Shown: positions 35,456-48,525 of the stretch, one piece after another
Layout of the letters: each line of letters begins with the position of its first letter
How positions within the stretch are numbered: position 1 is the stretch's first letter
Notes under the pieces: generated by a model
Databases searched by the model: none
Seen by the model: only the letters and a program-made list of their open reading frames with translations
What the model was told of the DNA's origin: nothing
DNA from: Mobula hypostoma
Lineage: Eukaryota
Length of the DNA stretch: 60,000 nucleotides
NCBI RefSeq assembly: GCF_963921235.1
Contig: NC_086107.1
Span: forward strand, 95,172,001 to 95,232,000
Direction: 5' to 3'
Translations under genes and position numbers: made by a program

Positions 35456-38400
35456 ACTGTGATGCCACTTTCAAGGAATTCTGGATTTGTATCCCGAGAT
35501 CCCTCAGTTGAGTTAAACACAATCCCCTCTGCCTACACAGTGTCCATATTTTTCCAATCTCCACCGATTTGTGTTTAAGAGCCTCTCCAGTACCTCTATC
35601 GTATCCATCAGCCCAGGCACCCACCCCGTCTCTTTTTTTAAGAACAAAAATTTGCCCTGCACATCTCCTTTAAACTCTTCATTTCTCACATTAAATATTA
35701 TGCTCTATGGTATTTGATATTCCCACAATGGGGAAGAAAGATTCTGACTGAATATCCTATCTATGCCTTTCATAATCTTACAAAACTCTATCAGATTTCA
35801 CCTCAGCCTCCAGAGAAAACAACCCAAATGTATCCAACATCTCATAGCTCCTGGCCTCTAATCCACGCAACATCCTGGTGACTCTCTTCTGCATCCTCTC
35901 CAAAGCCATCCATGCCCTTACTGCGACAGGGTGGCCAGAACTGCACACAATATTCTAGTGTGGTCTGACTAGAGTTTTAAACACCTGCCACGTGACTTCA
36001 CGATTCTTTATACTCAATGCCCCACCTGATGAAGGTATGACTTGTATACTGGCCCTTCTGTTCCTCAGTAGAAATACAGAGTAATACAGCACAGGGACAG
36101 GCCCTTCAGTCCAACTTGTCAATCCAGACCAAGGTGCCTATCTGAGCCATCTCCATCTGCCTACAAGGTACCTCTAGGTGGGGTTAGTCCCTGCACTTCA
36201 CATCTGCCACATTACCTCTTCCCCCATCTACAGGTCAGGAGTGTGTTGGGACGCTCCCCACTTGCCTGGGTGAAAATAGAACCTACACTCCACATGCGCC
36301 TCATTACCTCTCCCCTGACTGTAGGTCAGGATTGTGACAGGACACTCCCCACTTCCCTGGGTCCAGCAGCTCTCAGGAAGTCCAGACACCATCCAGGACA
36401 TAGCCGGCCACTCGATGGGCTACACACACTCACACTCACACTCATTCACAATTCCTCAAGGATCCTCAGTCTGCACCTTCCAAACCCCACCATCTGTCCC
36501 AACAAGAGACACAAGGGTGGCAAAATCAAGGAGAACCCTACAAACCCCTGCTGGAAGTTGCCCTCCAACCTGCACACCATCCATACTTAGGAAATGTATG
36601 AACACAGAACATAGAACAGTACAGGCCCTTCAGCCCACAATGATATGCTGACCTTTTAATCTACTTCAAGATCAACCTAACCCTTCCCTCCATTTTTCTA
36701 TCATCCTTATGACTATCTAAAAGCCTCTTCAATGTCCCTAGTGAATCTGCCTCTAGCAACACCCCTGACAGCGAGTGCCATGCATCTACCCCTCTCTGGG
36801 TAAAACAGAACTCTACTCTAACATTCCACCTATCTTTTCTTCAAATCACCTTAAAGTTATGTCCTCTGGTATTAGCCACTTCCGCGCTGGGAAAAGGTGC
36901 TGGCCATCCATTCAATCTATGCCTCTTAATATCTTGCACACCTCTATCAAGTCATCGATCATCCTCCTCTGTTTCCAAGAGAAAAGCACTACCTATCCTC
37001 ATTTGACTCTCTCAGAAGACTATTGCACAAAAACAGGCCTTTTGGCCCATCTGGTCTGTGGTGAACCACTTAAACTGCATGGTCCCATCAACCTGCACCT
37101 GGACCATCAACCTCTTACCCCTTCCCTGCAGGTACATATCCAACCTCTCCTAAATGTTGAAATCAAGCTCGCAAGCACCACTTGTGCTGGCAGCTCATTC
37201 CACACTCTCACGGCCCTCTGAGTGAAGAAGTTTCACCTCATGCTCCCCTTAAACATTTCACCTTTCACCCTTAACCCATGACCTCTAGTTATGGTCTCAC
37301 CCAAGCTCAGTGGAAAAAGCCTGCTTGCATTTGCCCTATCTATACCCCTCATAATATTGTATACCTCTATCAAATCTCCCCTCAATCTTCTACTTTACAG
37401 AGAATCAAGTTCTAACCCATTCAGTCTTATAACTCAGATCCACCGGTCCCGGCAACATCCTTGTAAATTTTCTCTGTACTCTTTCAATCTTATTTACATC
37501 TTTCCTGTAGGTAGGTGACCAAAGCTGGACACAATACTCCAAATTAGGCCTCACCAGTGTCTTATACAATGTCAACATAACAGCCCAACTCCTGTACTCA
37601 ATATCCTGATCTATGAAGGCCAATGTGCCATCACTTTCAGTGGATTATGGGCCTGTATTCCCAGATCTCTTTGTTCTACTGCACTGTTCAGCACCTCCAC
37701 TCACCGTGCACTTGTCTGCATTAAATTCCATCTGCCTTTTTTTTCAGCCAGTCCAGATCCTGCTCCAAGCTCTGATAGACTTCCTCGCTGTCTGCTACAC
37801 AGATGTGTATAGAGAATTGGTTGGCAGACAGGGAGCAAAGAGTGGGAATAAACGGGACCTTTTCAGAACAGCAGGCAGTGACTAGTGGGGTACCGCAAGG
37901 TTCAGTGCTGGGTCCCCAGTTGTTTACAATATATATTAATGACTTAGACGAGGGAATTAAATGCAGCATCTCGAAGTTTGCGGATGACACGAAGCTGGGC
38001 GACAGAGTTAGCTGTGAGGAGGATGCTAAGAGGATGCAGGGTGACTTGGATAGGTTGGGTGAGTGGGCAAATTCATGGCAGATGCAATTTAGTGTGGATA
38101 AATGTGAGGTTATCCACTTCGGTGGCAAAAAGAGGAAAACAGATTATTATCTGAATGGTGGCCAATTAGGAAAAGGGGAGGTGCAACGAGACCTGGGTGT
38201 CATTATACACCAGTCATTGAAAGTGGGCATGCAGGTACAGCAGGCGGTGAAAAAGGCGAATGGTATGCTGGCATTCATAGCAAGAGGATTCGAGTACAGG
38301 AGCAGGGAGGTACTACTGCAGTTGTACAAGGCCTTGGTGAGACCACACCTGGAGTATTGTGTGCAGTTTTGGTCCCCTAATCTGAGGAAAGACATCCTTG

Positions 38401-39770
38401 CCATAGAGGGAGTACAAAGAAGGTTCACCAGATTGATTCCTGGAATGGCAGGACTTTCATATGATGAAAGACTGGATCAGCTAGACTTATACTTGTTGGA
38501 ATTTAGAAGATTGAGGGGGGATCTTATTGAAACGTATAAAATCCTAAAGGGATTGGACAGGCTAGATGCAGGAAGATTGTTCCCGATGTTGGGGAAGTCC
38601 AGAACGAGGGGTCACAGTTTGAGGATAGAGGGGAAGCCTTTTAGGACCGAGATTAGGAAAAACCTCTTCACACGGAGAGTGGTGAATCTATGGAATTCTC
38701 TGCCACAGGAAACAGTTGAGGCCAGTTCATTGGCTATATTTAAGAGGGAGTTAGATATGGCCCTTGTGGCTGGGGGGATCAGGGGATATGGAGAGAAGGC
38801 TGGTACAGTGTTCTGAGTTGGATGATCAGCCATGATCACACAGAATGGTGGTGCAGGCTCGAAGGGCCGAATGGCCTACTCCTGCACCTATTTTCTATGT
38901 TTCTATGTTTCCACAACCAATCTGGATGTCATTTGCAAATGTGCTGATCCAGCTAACCACATTATCATCCAGATCATTGATATAGATGATAAACAACAAT
39001 GGGCCCAGCAGCACTCCACTAGTCACTGGCCTCCAGTCAGAGAGGCCACCACTCTGGCTTCTCCCACAAGGCCAATGTCTAATCCAATTTACAATCTCAT
39101 CCGAATGCCAAACAATTGAACCTTCTTGACCAACCTCCAGTGGGGGATTTTTCATATACATTGTTGACGTCCATGTAGACAACACCCACTGCCTTACCTT
39201 CATCAACTTTCCTCGAAAAACTATAAGATTGGTTAAACACAACCTACCACACACAAAGCATTGCTGACTATCCTTAATCAGTCCCCATTTATCCAAATAC
39301 TCATATATCCAGTCCCTCAGAATACCTTACAGTAACTTCCCCACTACTGATATCAGACTTGTCAGCCTATAATTTCCTGGTTATTCTTAAAGCCTTTCTT
39401 AATCAGTGGAGCAACATTGGCTATCCTCCAATCCTCTGGTACTTCATCTGTCACAAAGGATGATTTAAATATCTCTGCTAGGACTCCTGTAATTTCTGCA
39501 TTTGCCTCCTACAGGGTCCAAGGGAATATCTTGCCAGGTCCTAGAAATTTGTCCACCCTAATTTGCCTCAAGAAACTAGTAGGAAGATATGGCAGAAACT
39601 AAAGATGTTCTTACAGAGATAGATGCATCTCTGCCAAAGATGAAGTTCTGGAAAATTGGAGTGTGGCTAAAATTGTACACTTATTTAAGAAGAGCAGCAA
39701 AGACAAGCTAAGGAACCACAGGCTATTGAGTCTGATGATAGTGGTTGGTACGCTACTGGACTGGATTCTG
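35456..39770. mobile_element. Stack of old CR1 fragments (mostly minus strand)
   Basis: ORFs 37405..37623 and 38895..39296 with LVRPNLEYCVQLWSP and LLGPLLFIIYINDLD. Confidence 0.65.
37803..38911 (+). mobile_element. Young 5'-truncated CR1, same family as the 25434 element
   Basis: Uninterrupted 337-aa ORF to the native stop, plus (TTTCTATG)n tail; it shows the intact reading CVQFWSP. Confidence 0.92.
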
Positions 39771-40325
39771 ACATGTTTTGACATGTTTGATTACACAAAA
39801 GATAACTGGAACATGTATGCTGAGCTAACTCAACAGTATTTTGAAGCAAATGAAATAGCCAATAAGAAACAAGTATCAATTCTACTAAGTGCATTGGGTT
39901 TAAATGCATATAGTTTGCTTTGAAGTTTAACTACTCCAATCAATGCAGCAGAAATGGGCATTGCTAATCATGTAAAAGTAATGCAGGAACAATTAGAACT
40001 GAAGCCATTGTTGATTACAGAATGCTTTAGGTTTCATAAGCAGAATCAAAAAGAAGGGCAGTTCAGTTCATGGCTGAATCAATGAGATTGAGCATTGTCA
40101 ATTCAACGATGCACTGAAAGATCGTTTAGTTTGTGGAATCTTACAAGAAAGCATTAAGAAATGGCTGCAAACTGAAGCACGGCTCACATTTAAAAGAGCA
40201 GTTGAAATCGTTGTTTCGATTGTGTTACTGTTGTGGCAGGGGCTCACATTCACCAAACAAATACAGGTTATAGGTGAAACTTGCAGAAAATACAACAAAG
40301 TAGGCCACATACAAAGAGCACCTAG
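39770..40325 (+). mobile_element. Decayed Ty3/Gypsy gag fragment
   Basis: FDYTKDNWNMYAE..QYFEANEI..ILLSALG, ALKDRLVCGI and a degenerate zinc knuckle CRKYNKVGHIQRA. Confidence 0.65.
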
Positions 40326-41064
40326 TCAAGCTATGGACCATCCATCACTGCTTGATTTTTGTCGGCACACTTGTGTAATTCTTGTGTGTCAATGGTGTTA
40401 CCACAGTAAGTGATGTATTGATTTAAATAACTCACACTTGCTGTGTTGTATTCTGAGCCTATTATCTTCTAATGGTTTTAACATTATCTTGAGACTCTGG
40501 AAATATTCTTTCTCATCCTCACTGGTTACGATGATGTCATCCACGTAACTCTGAGTGCCTGGGCAGCCTTGGTCCTTGCAACCCTTTTGCTCTTAATGTA
40601 TCTGTAGAAGCCCTTAGAATTCTCTTTTGCCTTCTCTGCCAGAGCAACCTTATGCTTTCTTTTAGCCCTCCCGATTTCTTTCTTAAGTGTTCTCTTATAT
40701 TTCTTATACTTCATAAGCACCTCATTTGTTTCTACCTGCCAATACCTGCTATGCACCTCTTTTACTTAAACCAGGGCCTCAAGATCTCTTAAAAACCAAG
40801 GTTCCATAAGCCTGTCATCCTTGCCTTTTATTCTGACAGGAACATATAAGCTCTGTACTTTCAAAATTTCACTTTTGAAAGCCTCCCACATACCAAGTAC
40901 ACCTTTGCCAGAAAACCACCTGCCCCAGTCCAAACTTGTCAGATCCTTTCTCATACTATCAAAATTGGCCTTTCTCCAATTTAGAATCTCAACCCAGGGA
41001 CCAGACCTATCTTCTTCCAAAATTAATTCCAAAATTCCAAAATGACATAAAACTCACTGCAACA

Positions 41065-41192
41065 AACAACAGGAATTCTGCAGATGCTGGAAATTCAAGC
41101 AACACACATCAAAGTTGCTGGTGAATGCAGCAGGCCAGGCAGCATCTATAGGAAGATTCCTATAGATGCTGCCTGGCCAGCTGCGTTCACCA
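41065..41192. mobile_element. Collapsed palindromic Penelope-like element end
   Basis: GGTGAATGCAGCAGGCCAGGCAGCATCTATAGGAA-GA-TTCCTATAGATGCTGCCTGGCCAGCTGCGTTCACC; matches the termini of the 45955-46712 element. Confidence 0.7.
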
Positions 41193-41799
41193 TAAAACTC
41201 ACTGGTCTATCATCCCCAGGATTATCCCTATTGCTTTCCTTGAACAGAGGAGTAACATTTGCCACCCACCAGTACTCTGGTACAACTCCTGTAAAGATCA
41301 TTTTCCCATAGTAACCTGAGGTATATCCTGTCTGGCCTCTTTCTTTAACACCGACGTATTCCAGCATATAAGCCTGATCCATCTTGACCTCACGTTCATC
41401 AAGGTCCCTCTCACTGGTGAAAACTGAAGCAAAGTATTCATTAATGACTCCTCCTAACTCCTCTGATTCAGGCAAATTTCCTCTTTTTTCCCTGATCTGT
41501 CCTTGCCTCACTCTGATCATCTTCCTACTCTTCACATATGTGCAAAACTCCTTGGGCTTTTCCGCTAATCTTACTCACCAAGGCCTTCTCATGTCCCCTT
41601 CTAGCTCTCCAAAATCTCTTCTTAGGTTCCTTTCTGGCAACCTTGTAACTGTCCAGAGTCCTGTCTGATCTTTGCTTTCTAAATCTTAAGCAAACCTCTT
41701 TGATCCTCCTGAGATGTTCCACATCTCTTGTCAACCACGGTTCCTTTGCTCTACCAAACTTTTCCTGTCTCAGTGGAACAAACCTATCCAGAACCTATC

Positions 41800-44700
41800 C
41801 ATGGGGAATTTCAATAAGCATGTAGATTGGGAAAATCAGGTTGGTGCTGGATCTCAAGAGAGGGAATTTGAAGACTGCTTACGAGATTTTTTTTAGAGCA
41901 ACTTGTGGTTGAATCCACTAGGAGGTAGGTAATTCTGGATTGGCTGTTGTGTAATGAACCAATTTGATTAGGGAGCTTAGGATAAAGGAACCCTTAGGAG
42001 ACAGTGATCATAATATGATAGAATTCACACTGCAATTTGAGAGGGAGAAGCTAAAGTCAACTGTATCAGTATTTCAGTGCAGTAAAGAGAATTACAGAGG
42101 CATGAGAGAGGATCTGGCCAAAGTTGACTGGAAGGGGACACTGGCAGGGATGATGGCAGAACAGCAGTGGCTGGAGTTTCTGGGGGCAGTTGGAAGATGC
42201 AGAAAAGATACATCCCAAAGAAGAAGTATCCTAAAGGCAGAATGATGCAAACATAGCTGACAAGGGAAGTTAGTGACAGCATTAAAGCAAAAGTGAGGAT
42301 ATATAATATAACAAAAAAATCATGAAAAGTTAAAGGATTGGGAAGCTTTTAAAAACCAACAGAAGGCAACAATAAAAGCCATAAGAAGAGAAAAGATGAA
42401 ATATGAAGGTAAATTAACCAATAAAGGATAACCAAGAGCTTTTTCAGATATATAAAGAGTAAAAGAGAGGCAAGAGTGGATATTGGACCGCTGGAAAATA
42501 GTGCATGAAAGGTAGTAATGGGGCACTAAGAAATAGCGAATGAACTTATTAAGTATTTATTTACTCAGATTTATAGCGTGGCCCTCTGAGCTGTGCCAGC
42601 TATCAACCAACCAATTTAACCCTAGCCTAATCACGGGTCAATTTACAATGACCAATTAACCTACGAACCGTCTTTGGACTGTGGGAGGAAACCAGAGCAG
42701 CCAGAGGAAACCTACGCACACACAGGAAGGAACATACAAACTTGCTTACAAAGGATGCAAGAAATGAACCCTGAACTTCAAACTCCCGAGCTGTAATAGC
42801 ATTGCACTAACTGCTACGTTACCGTGGGCACCCCTATTTTGTTACCGTGGGCACCCCTATTTTGCATCAGTCTTCACTGTGAAAAACACCAGCAGTACGT
42901 CAGAAATTTGAGAGTGTCAGGGGGAAGAAATGTGTGTAGTTGCTGTTACCAAGGAGTAGGTGCTTAGGAAGATGAAAGTTCTGAAAGTATTTAAGTCACA
43001 CATACCAGATGGACTACACTTCAGGGTTCTGAAAGATGCGGCTGAAGAGATTGTGGAGGCATTAATAATGATCTTTCTAGAAACACTAGATTCTGGAAAG
43101 GTTCCTGAGAACTAGAAAGTTGAAAATGTAACAAGGGAGGAAGGCAGATGAAAGGAAATTATAGGCCAGTTAGCCTGACTTCAGTGGTTGGGAAGATGTT
43201 GGAGTCCATTATTAACGATATGATTTCTGAATCTTCGGAGGCAAGTGATAAAACAGGCCCAATTGAAGTCAGCATAGTTTCCTTGAGGAGAAATCTTGCC
43301 TGACAAATCTTTTGGAATTGTTTGAGAAAATAACAGACAGGATAGACAAAGGAGGGTCGATGGATGTTGCTTACTTGGACTTTATAAAAGCCTTCACAAG
43401 GTGCCACACATGAGGTTGCTTAACAAGGTATGAGCCTGTGGTGTTACAGGAAGGATACTAGCATGGACTGGAGATTGGCAGACTAACAGGAGGCAAAGAG
43501 TGGAAATAAAGGGGTCTTTTTTGGTCATCTGCTGTTGATGAGTGGTGACCTGCAGGGGTTGGTATTGGGACCATTTCTTTTTCACATTATATGTCGATGA
43601 TTTGGATGAAGGAATTGATGGCTTTGTGGCCAGGTTTGCAGATGATACGAAGGTAGCTGGAGGGGCAGGTAGTGTTAAGGAAGCAGGATGTCTGCAGAAG
43701 GATTTAGATAGATTGGGAGAATGGGCGAAGAAGTAGTAGATGAAATATAGTGCTGGAAAGTATGTGGTCATGCACTTTGGTAGAAGGAATAAATATGTGG
43801 ACTATTTTCCAAATGGGGAGAAAATTCAAAAGCAGAGGTTAAAAAGAGACTTAGGAGTCTCTGTGCAGGATTCCCTGAAGGCTAACTTGCAGGTTGAGTC
43901 TGTGGTGAGGAAGGCAAATGCAATGTTAGCATTCATTTCAAGAGGACTAGAATATAAAAGCAAGGATGTAATGCTGAGGCTTTATAAAGCATTGGAGTAT
44001 TGTGAATCAGAATCAGAATCTGTAAATGCCTCTTACACCACTGGCGTTTCGGGCAGCAATGAAGGTCCTCCGTCTCTGGTGGTGTTCAGGGCTTCCTTCA
44101 TCGTGTCAGTAGCTTTCTCTCGGTTTTCACTACTGTCAGTCATGTAAGTCCCGGGTGGAGACTCAGGAATACTGTCGCACTCAAATTAGAAGAATTCTCC
44201 ATTGCTGTTTCCATAAGAATTTTATTTTACCAGTCAGGGTTGTTAGCCCTGAGCTGAACCCCCGAACCTGGAGGACCGGTGGACCACTCTTAGTCTGGCC
44301 TCTACCCTTTGACCTGTTTGGCATGGGTGACCCTACCAAGAGCCAAAGCGTAAAGTCCTGACTCCAGCCAACTCAGCTCTCTGGGTCATTGAGGCACACA
44401 GGCCTCCAAACCCTACGATGAGGTTGTGGTCCTCCTGGAGGGGGATGTTATGTTGCCGTTGGTGAGACCTCACTGGAGGACTGTGCTCAGTTTTACTTGC
44501 CCTGCTGTAGGGGAGAGTGCCGAGGAGATTTACGAGGATATTGCTGGGACTCAAGGGACTGAGTTATTAGAGAGTTTGGGCAGGTTGGGACATTATTCCT
44601 TAGGAGACAGGGTAACCCTACTGAGGTGTATAAAATCATGAGGGGCAGAGATGGGGTGAATGCACGGGGTATTTTCCCCAGGGCCGGGGAACTAAGAACC

Positions 44701-45940
44701 AGAGGGCACAGGTTTAAGGGGAGAAATGAGATTTAATAGGAATATGAGGCATCTTTTTAAACCCAGAGTGAGTACTGAGGAACAGGAGGATCTCCATGTG
44801 CAAGGGTAGGGCACACATTGTGAATGGTTGGGAGTGTCAAAGCAAAGAGGAACCTCGATGTTCAATGGTAGGACACTCTGTGCATGGTGAGGAGTATCAG
44901 GGAACAGAGGGACCTCAGTGTACTTCATGTCCTCTCTAGCCACAGGCGAGGTTCCTGAGTGGCTAATGCCAAACCTCTATTTAAGAAGGGAAAATCCTGG
45001 GAACTATAGACTGGTGAGTGTCACGTCAGTTGTAAGGAAATTGCTGGAGAAAATTCTTAGGGGATGGGCTGTATGAGCTTTTGGAAACCCATGGCCAGCA
45101 CGGCTTTGCGCGTGGCAGGTTGTGCGTTACCAAATTGATTGAGTTTTTTGACAAGGTGACAAGAGAGGTTGGTGAAGGTAGGGCAGTGGATGTTGTCTAC
45201 ATGGATTTTAGTAAGGCATTTGACAAAGTCCCTCATGGGAGGCTAATCCAGAAGATTAAGATGCCTGGGGTCTGCAGTGAATTGGATGTTTGGGGTCAGA
45301 ACTGGCTTGCACACAGAAGACAGAGGGTAGTGGTTGAAGGGACTTATTCGAGCTGGAGGTCTGTAGTTAGTGGTGTTTCACAGGGATCTGTGCTGGGACC
45401 TCTGCTGTTTGTGACGTATATAAATGATCTGGGTGAAAATGTAGATCTGTGGGTTAGTAAATTTGTGGGTGAGACCAAGATTGGTGGAGTTGTGCATAGT
45501 GTAGAAGACTGGCAAAGAATATAACACAATATAAATCAGTTGCAGATATGGGCTGAGAAATGGCAGATGGAGTTTAACCCAGATGAATCTGAGGTGTTGC
45601 ACCTTGGTAGGGAAAATAATCCTTAACTGTATTGCTGAGTAGAGAGATCTTGGGATTCAGGTTCACAGCTCCTTCAAAGTGGCCACACAGGTCGATAAAT
45701 TGGTTAACAAGGCTTATTGAATGCTTGCTTTTATTAATCGAGGCACTGAGGTCAAAAGTCAAGAGGTTATGTTGCAACTTTATAAAACTCTGGTTAGGCC
45801 ACATCTGGAGTATTGATACAGTTCTGGTCACCCCACTGTAGGAAGGATATTGAGGCTTTGGAGAGGGTGCAGAAGAGGTTTACCAGGATGCTGCCTGGTT
45901 AAGAGGCTTGTGCTATCACGAGAAGCTGGATGAACTTGGT
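41800..45940 (+). mobile_element. Old CR1 ORF2 copies (41800-44003, 44445-44770, 44945-45940; the last resumes at 46998-47370) with nested SINEs
   Basis: EPLGDSDHNMIEF, ARFADDTKV, QHGF..VYMDFSKAFDKV..SQGSVLGP in broken ORFs. Confidence 0.75.
44015..44440 (-). mobile_element. ~420-bp non-autonomous element, probably RTE-derived (copy 1)
   Basis: Highly similar to 55069-55490; resembles a fish RTE 5'UTR joined to an RTE 3' end (family assignment from memory). Confidence 0.6.
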
Positions 45941-45954
45941 TATTTGTTTATTTA

Positions 45955-46712
45955 AAAATGCAAGCACGAGGAAATCTGCAGATGCTGGAATTTCAAGCAA
46001 CACACATAAAAGTTGCTGGTGAACGCAGCAGGCCAGGCAGCATCTCTAGGAAGAAGTACAGTCGACGTTCCGGCCCGAAACGTCGACCGATCTTTTCCAC
46101 GGATGCTGCCCGACCTGCTGAGTTCCTCCAGCGTGTTGTGAGTGACATTTTGGGCCAAGACCCTTCGTCAGGACTAACTGAAAGAAGAGCTAGTAAGAGA
46201 AAGTGGGAGATCCGAAATGATAGGAGAAGACAGGAGAGGAACAACACCTTATATTCCGTCTGGGTAGCCTCTAACCTGATGGCATGAACATTGGCTTCTC
46301 AAACTTCCGCTAATGCCCCACCTCCCCCTCGTACCCTACCCATTATTTATTTATTTATATACACGCATTCTTTTTCTCTCTGTCCTTTTTCTCCTTCTGT
46401 CCCTCTCACTACACTGTTTGCCCATCCTCTGGGCTTTTTCCCCCTCCCCCTTTTCCTTCTTCCTGGGCCTCCTGTCCCAAGATCCTCTCATATCCCTTTT
46501 GCCAATCACCTGTCCAGCTCTTGGCTCCATCCCTCCCCCTTCTGTCTTCTCCTATCATTTCAGATCTCCCCCTCCCCCTCCCACTTCCAAATCTCTTACT
46601 CACTCTTCCTTCAGTTAGTCCTGACGAAGGGTCTCGGCCCGAAACGTCGACTGTACCTCTTCCTAGAGATGCTGCCTGGCCTGCTGCGTTCACCAGCAAC
46701 TTTGATGTGCGT
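45955..46712 (+). mobile_element. Penelope-like element remnant with inverted pseudo-LTRs
   Basis: Inverted termini (46011-46071 vs 46640-46709); GIY-YIG-type C-terminal remnant EEQHLIFRLGSL*PDGMNI at ~46236-46295. Related pieces at 47790-47895, 51860-52290 and 53160-53250. Confidence 0.8.
46612..46654 (+). ncRNA. Minimal type I hammerhead ribozyme of the Penelope pseudo-LTR
   Basis: AGTC-CTGACGA-A-GGGT(CTCG)GCCC-GAAAC-GTC^-GACT: intact core, stem I, stem II and palindromic ACGT stem III. Confidence 0.75.
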
Positions 46713-47500
46713 TATTTGTTTACTTGTTCATTTGTTCACTGAGATACAGCACAGAATAGGCATTCTGGCCTTCCAAGCCACACCACCCAGAAACTCCTGA
46801 TTTAATCCTGGTCTAATCACGGGACAATTTACAATGACCAATTAACCTACCAACCGGTACGTCTTTGGACTGCGAGAGGAAACCAGAGCACCCGGAGGAA
46901 ACCCACGCGGCCACAGGGAGAACGTATGAACTCCTTACAGGCAATGGTAGAAATGGAACCCAGGCCACCTGTACGGTAAAGTTATGCTAACCTCAGTGTG
47001 GAGCGGTGGAGACTGCGGGGAGATCTGACAGAGGTTTACAAGATTACGAGAGGCGTAGATAGAGTAGAGAGACAGTATCTGCTTCCCAGGGTTGAAATGT
47101 CTAATACCAGGGGGCATGCATTGAAGGTGAGAGGGGGTAGGTTCAAAGGGGATGTGAGGGGTAAGTGTTTTACTCAGAGGGTGACGGATGCCTGGTATGG
47201 TGGTAGAGGCAAGTATGTTAGAGGCTTTTAAGAAATGTTTGGATAGACACATGGATGTAAAGAGGACGGAGGGATATGGACATGATGTAGGTAGGAGGGA
47301 TTAATTTTGTTATTTAAAAAATTTACTTTTTTGCTGGTTCAGCACAACATTGTTCCTGTGCTGTACTCCTCTATGCTTTATGAATAGTTGGGGGTACCGA
47401 GGAGCATAGACCCTCGATAGGGCCTTGGTATACAAGAGAAAGACACACATTGTGAATGGTGGAGCGTGTTGTGGGACAGAGGGAGGGGTGTGTGTTCCTG

Positions 47501-47505
<5 letters not shown>

Positions 47506-47551
<46 letters not shown>

Positions 47552-47610
47552 TGTGTCTGTGTGTGTGTGTCTCTGTGTGTGTGTGTGTGTGTGTGTCTGT
47601 GTGTGTGTGT
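47506..47610. repeat. (GT)n microsatellite
   Basis: Seen directly in the sequence. Confidence 0.95.
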
Positions 47611-48419
47611 ATGATGAGGGTGAAGTTTTGCATACGCACACTCATTTCCCTATTTCCAAGATGATATCGGCAAAGGGCAGGTCAGGGGAACAAAGAGCAG
47701 TTTATCAGGGTAGGAACATCCCTCTCAGTGACGTTGGGGCTAACAAATCTTTCGATATTTTCTCACTTATATCCGTCACTTCTTGGAGAAGGTTCCCTGC
47801 GAAGAGTTTCGGCCTGAAACATCGACTGTCTGCTTTTTTTCCATAGATGCTGCCTGGCCTGCTGAGAACCTCCAGCATTTTGTGCGTGTTCTGTCACTTC
47901 TTCCTCTGGGATGGGCATTGGCCACCCCACCGTCTCTCTCTTTCTGGTCTTACTCCTCTCTGGCTCCCTCTTCCACTCTTTACCCACCCACTCTCCCCTT
48001 TTCTGCTCTCTCTCCCACCTCTATCCCCTCCACCCCCTCTCTCACTGCCTCTCTTGGCCTCTCCCACACCTTTTGCCTCTCCCCAAACCCTCTCTTGCCC
48101 CTCCCCCTTTCTCCCCCACCCTCTCTCCCCCTCTATCCCACTCTTCCCTTCTCCACCTCACTCTCAAACCTCTCTCTGTCCCTATACTATCTCTCCCCCT
48201 TCAGTTCCTCTCTTTCCCTCACAGCTGTCTTCCCGACTCTAACCTCCCCTCTCTACCGCCTTCCTTAACCCCTCCTCCCTTCCACATCTTTCGCCTTTTC
48301 CCCCCTCTCCATCCCCTTCTCCCCCTCCCCTTCCACCTGCCTCTCACTCCCTCTCACTCTTTCCCATTATTTCTCTCCCCCCGCCTCCCGCCCTTCTCTC
48401 TCTAAGGCCTCCAGCACTG

Positions 48420-48525
48420 TTCTCGGGGCGGAAACTCGTGGTCTGTGGTTTGGGGGCGGACCTGTTCCTGCCCCACATGTCGGATCAGTTTGGTAGGGGG
48501 GTGGGGAACTTCCTTTAAAAGCTGC
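48420..48525 (+). promoter_or_regulatory. Candidate promoter of the miR-142 host transcript
   Basis: GC boxes (48425, 48452), RUNX TGTGGTTT (48444-48451), ETS TTCCTG (48465), KLF GGGGTGGGG, kB/ETS GGGGAACTTCCT (48503-48514) and TATA-like TTTAAAA (48514-48520), all within 100 bp of unique sequence. Confidence 0.55.

Noticed and set aside
42818..42863. 23-bp tandem duplication GTTACCGTGGGCACCCCTATTTT
   Set aside because: A local duplication at a SINE/CR1 junction with no sign of function.
44370..44440. Possible HDV-like or twister ribozyme at the 5' end of the RTE-like element
   Set aside because: I could only see a simple hairpin and could not assemble the nested pseudoknot by eye.
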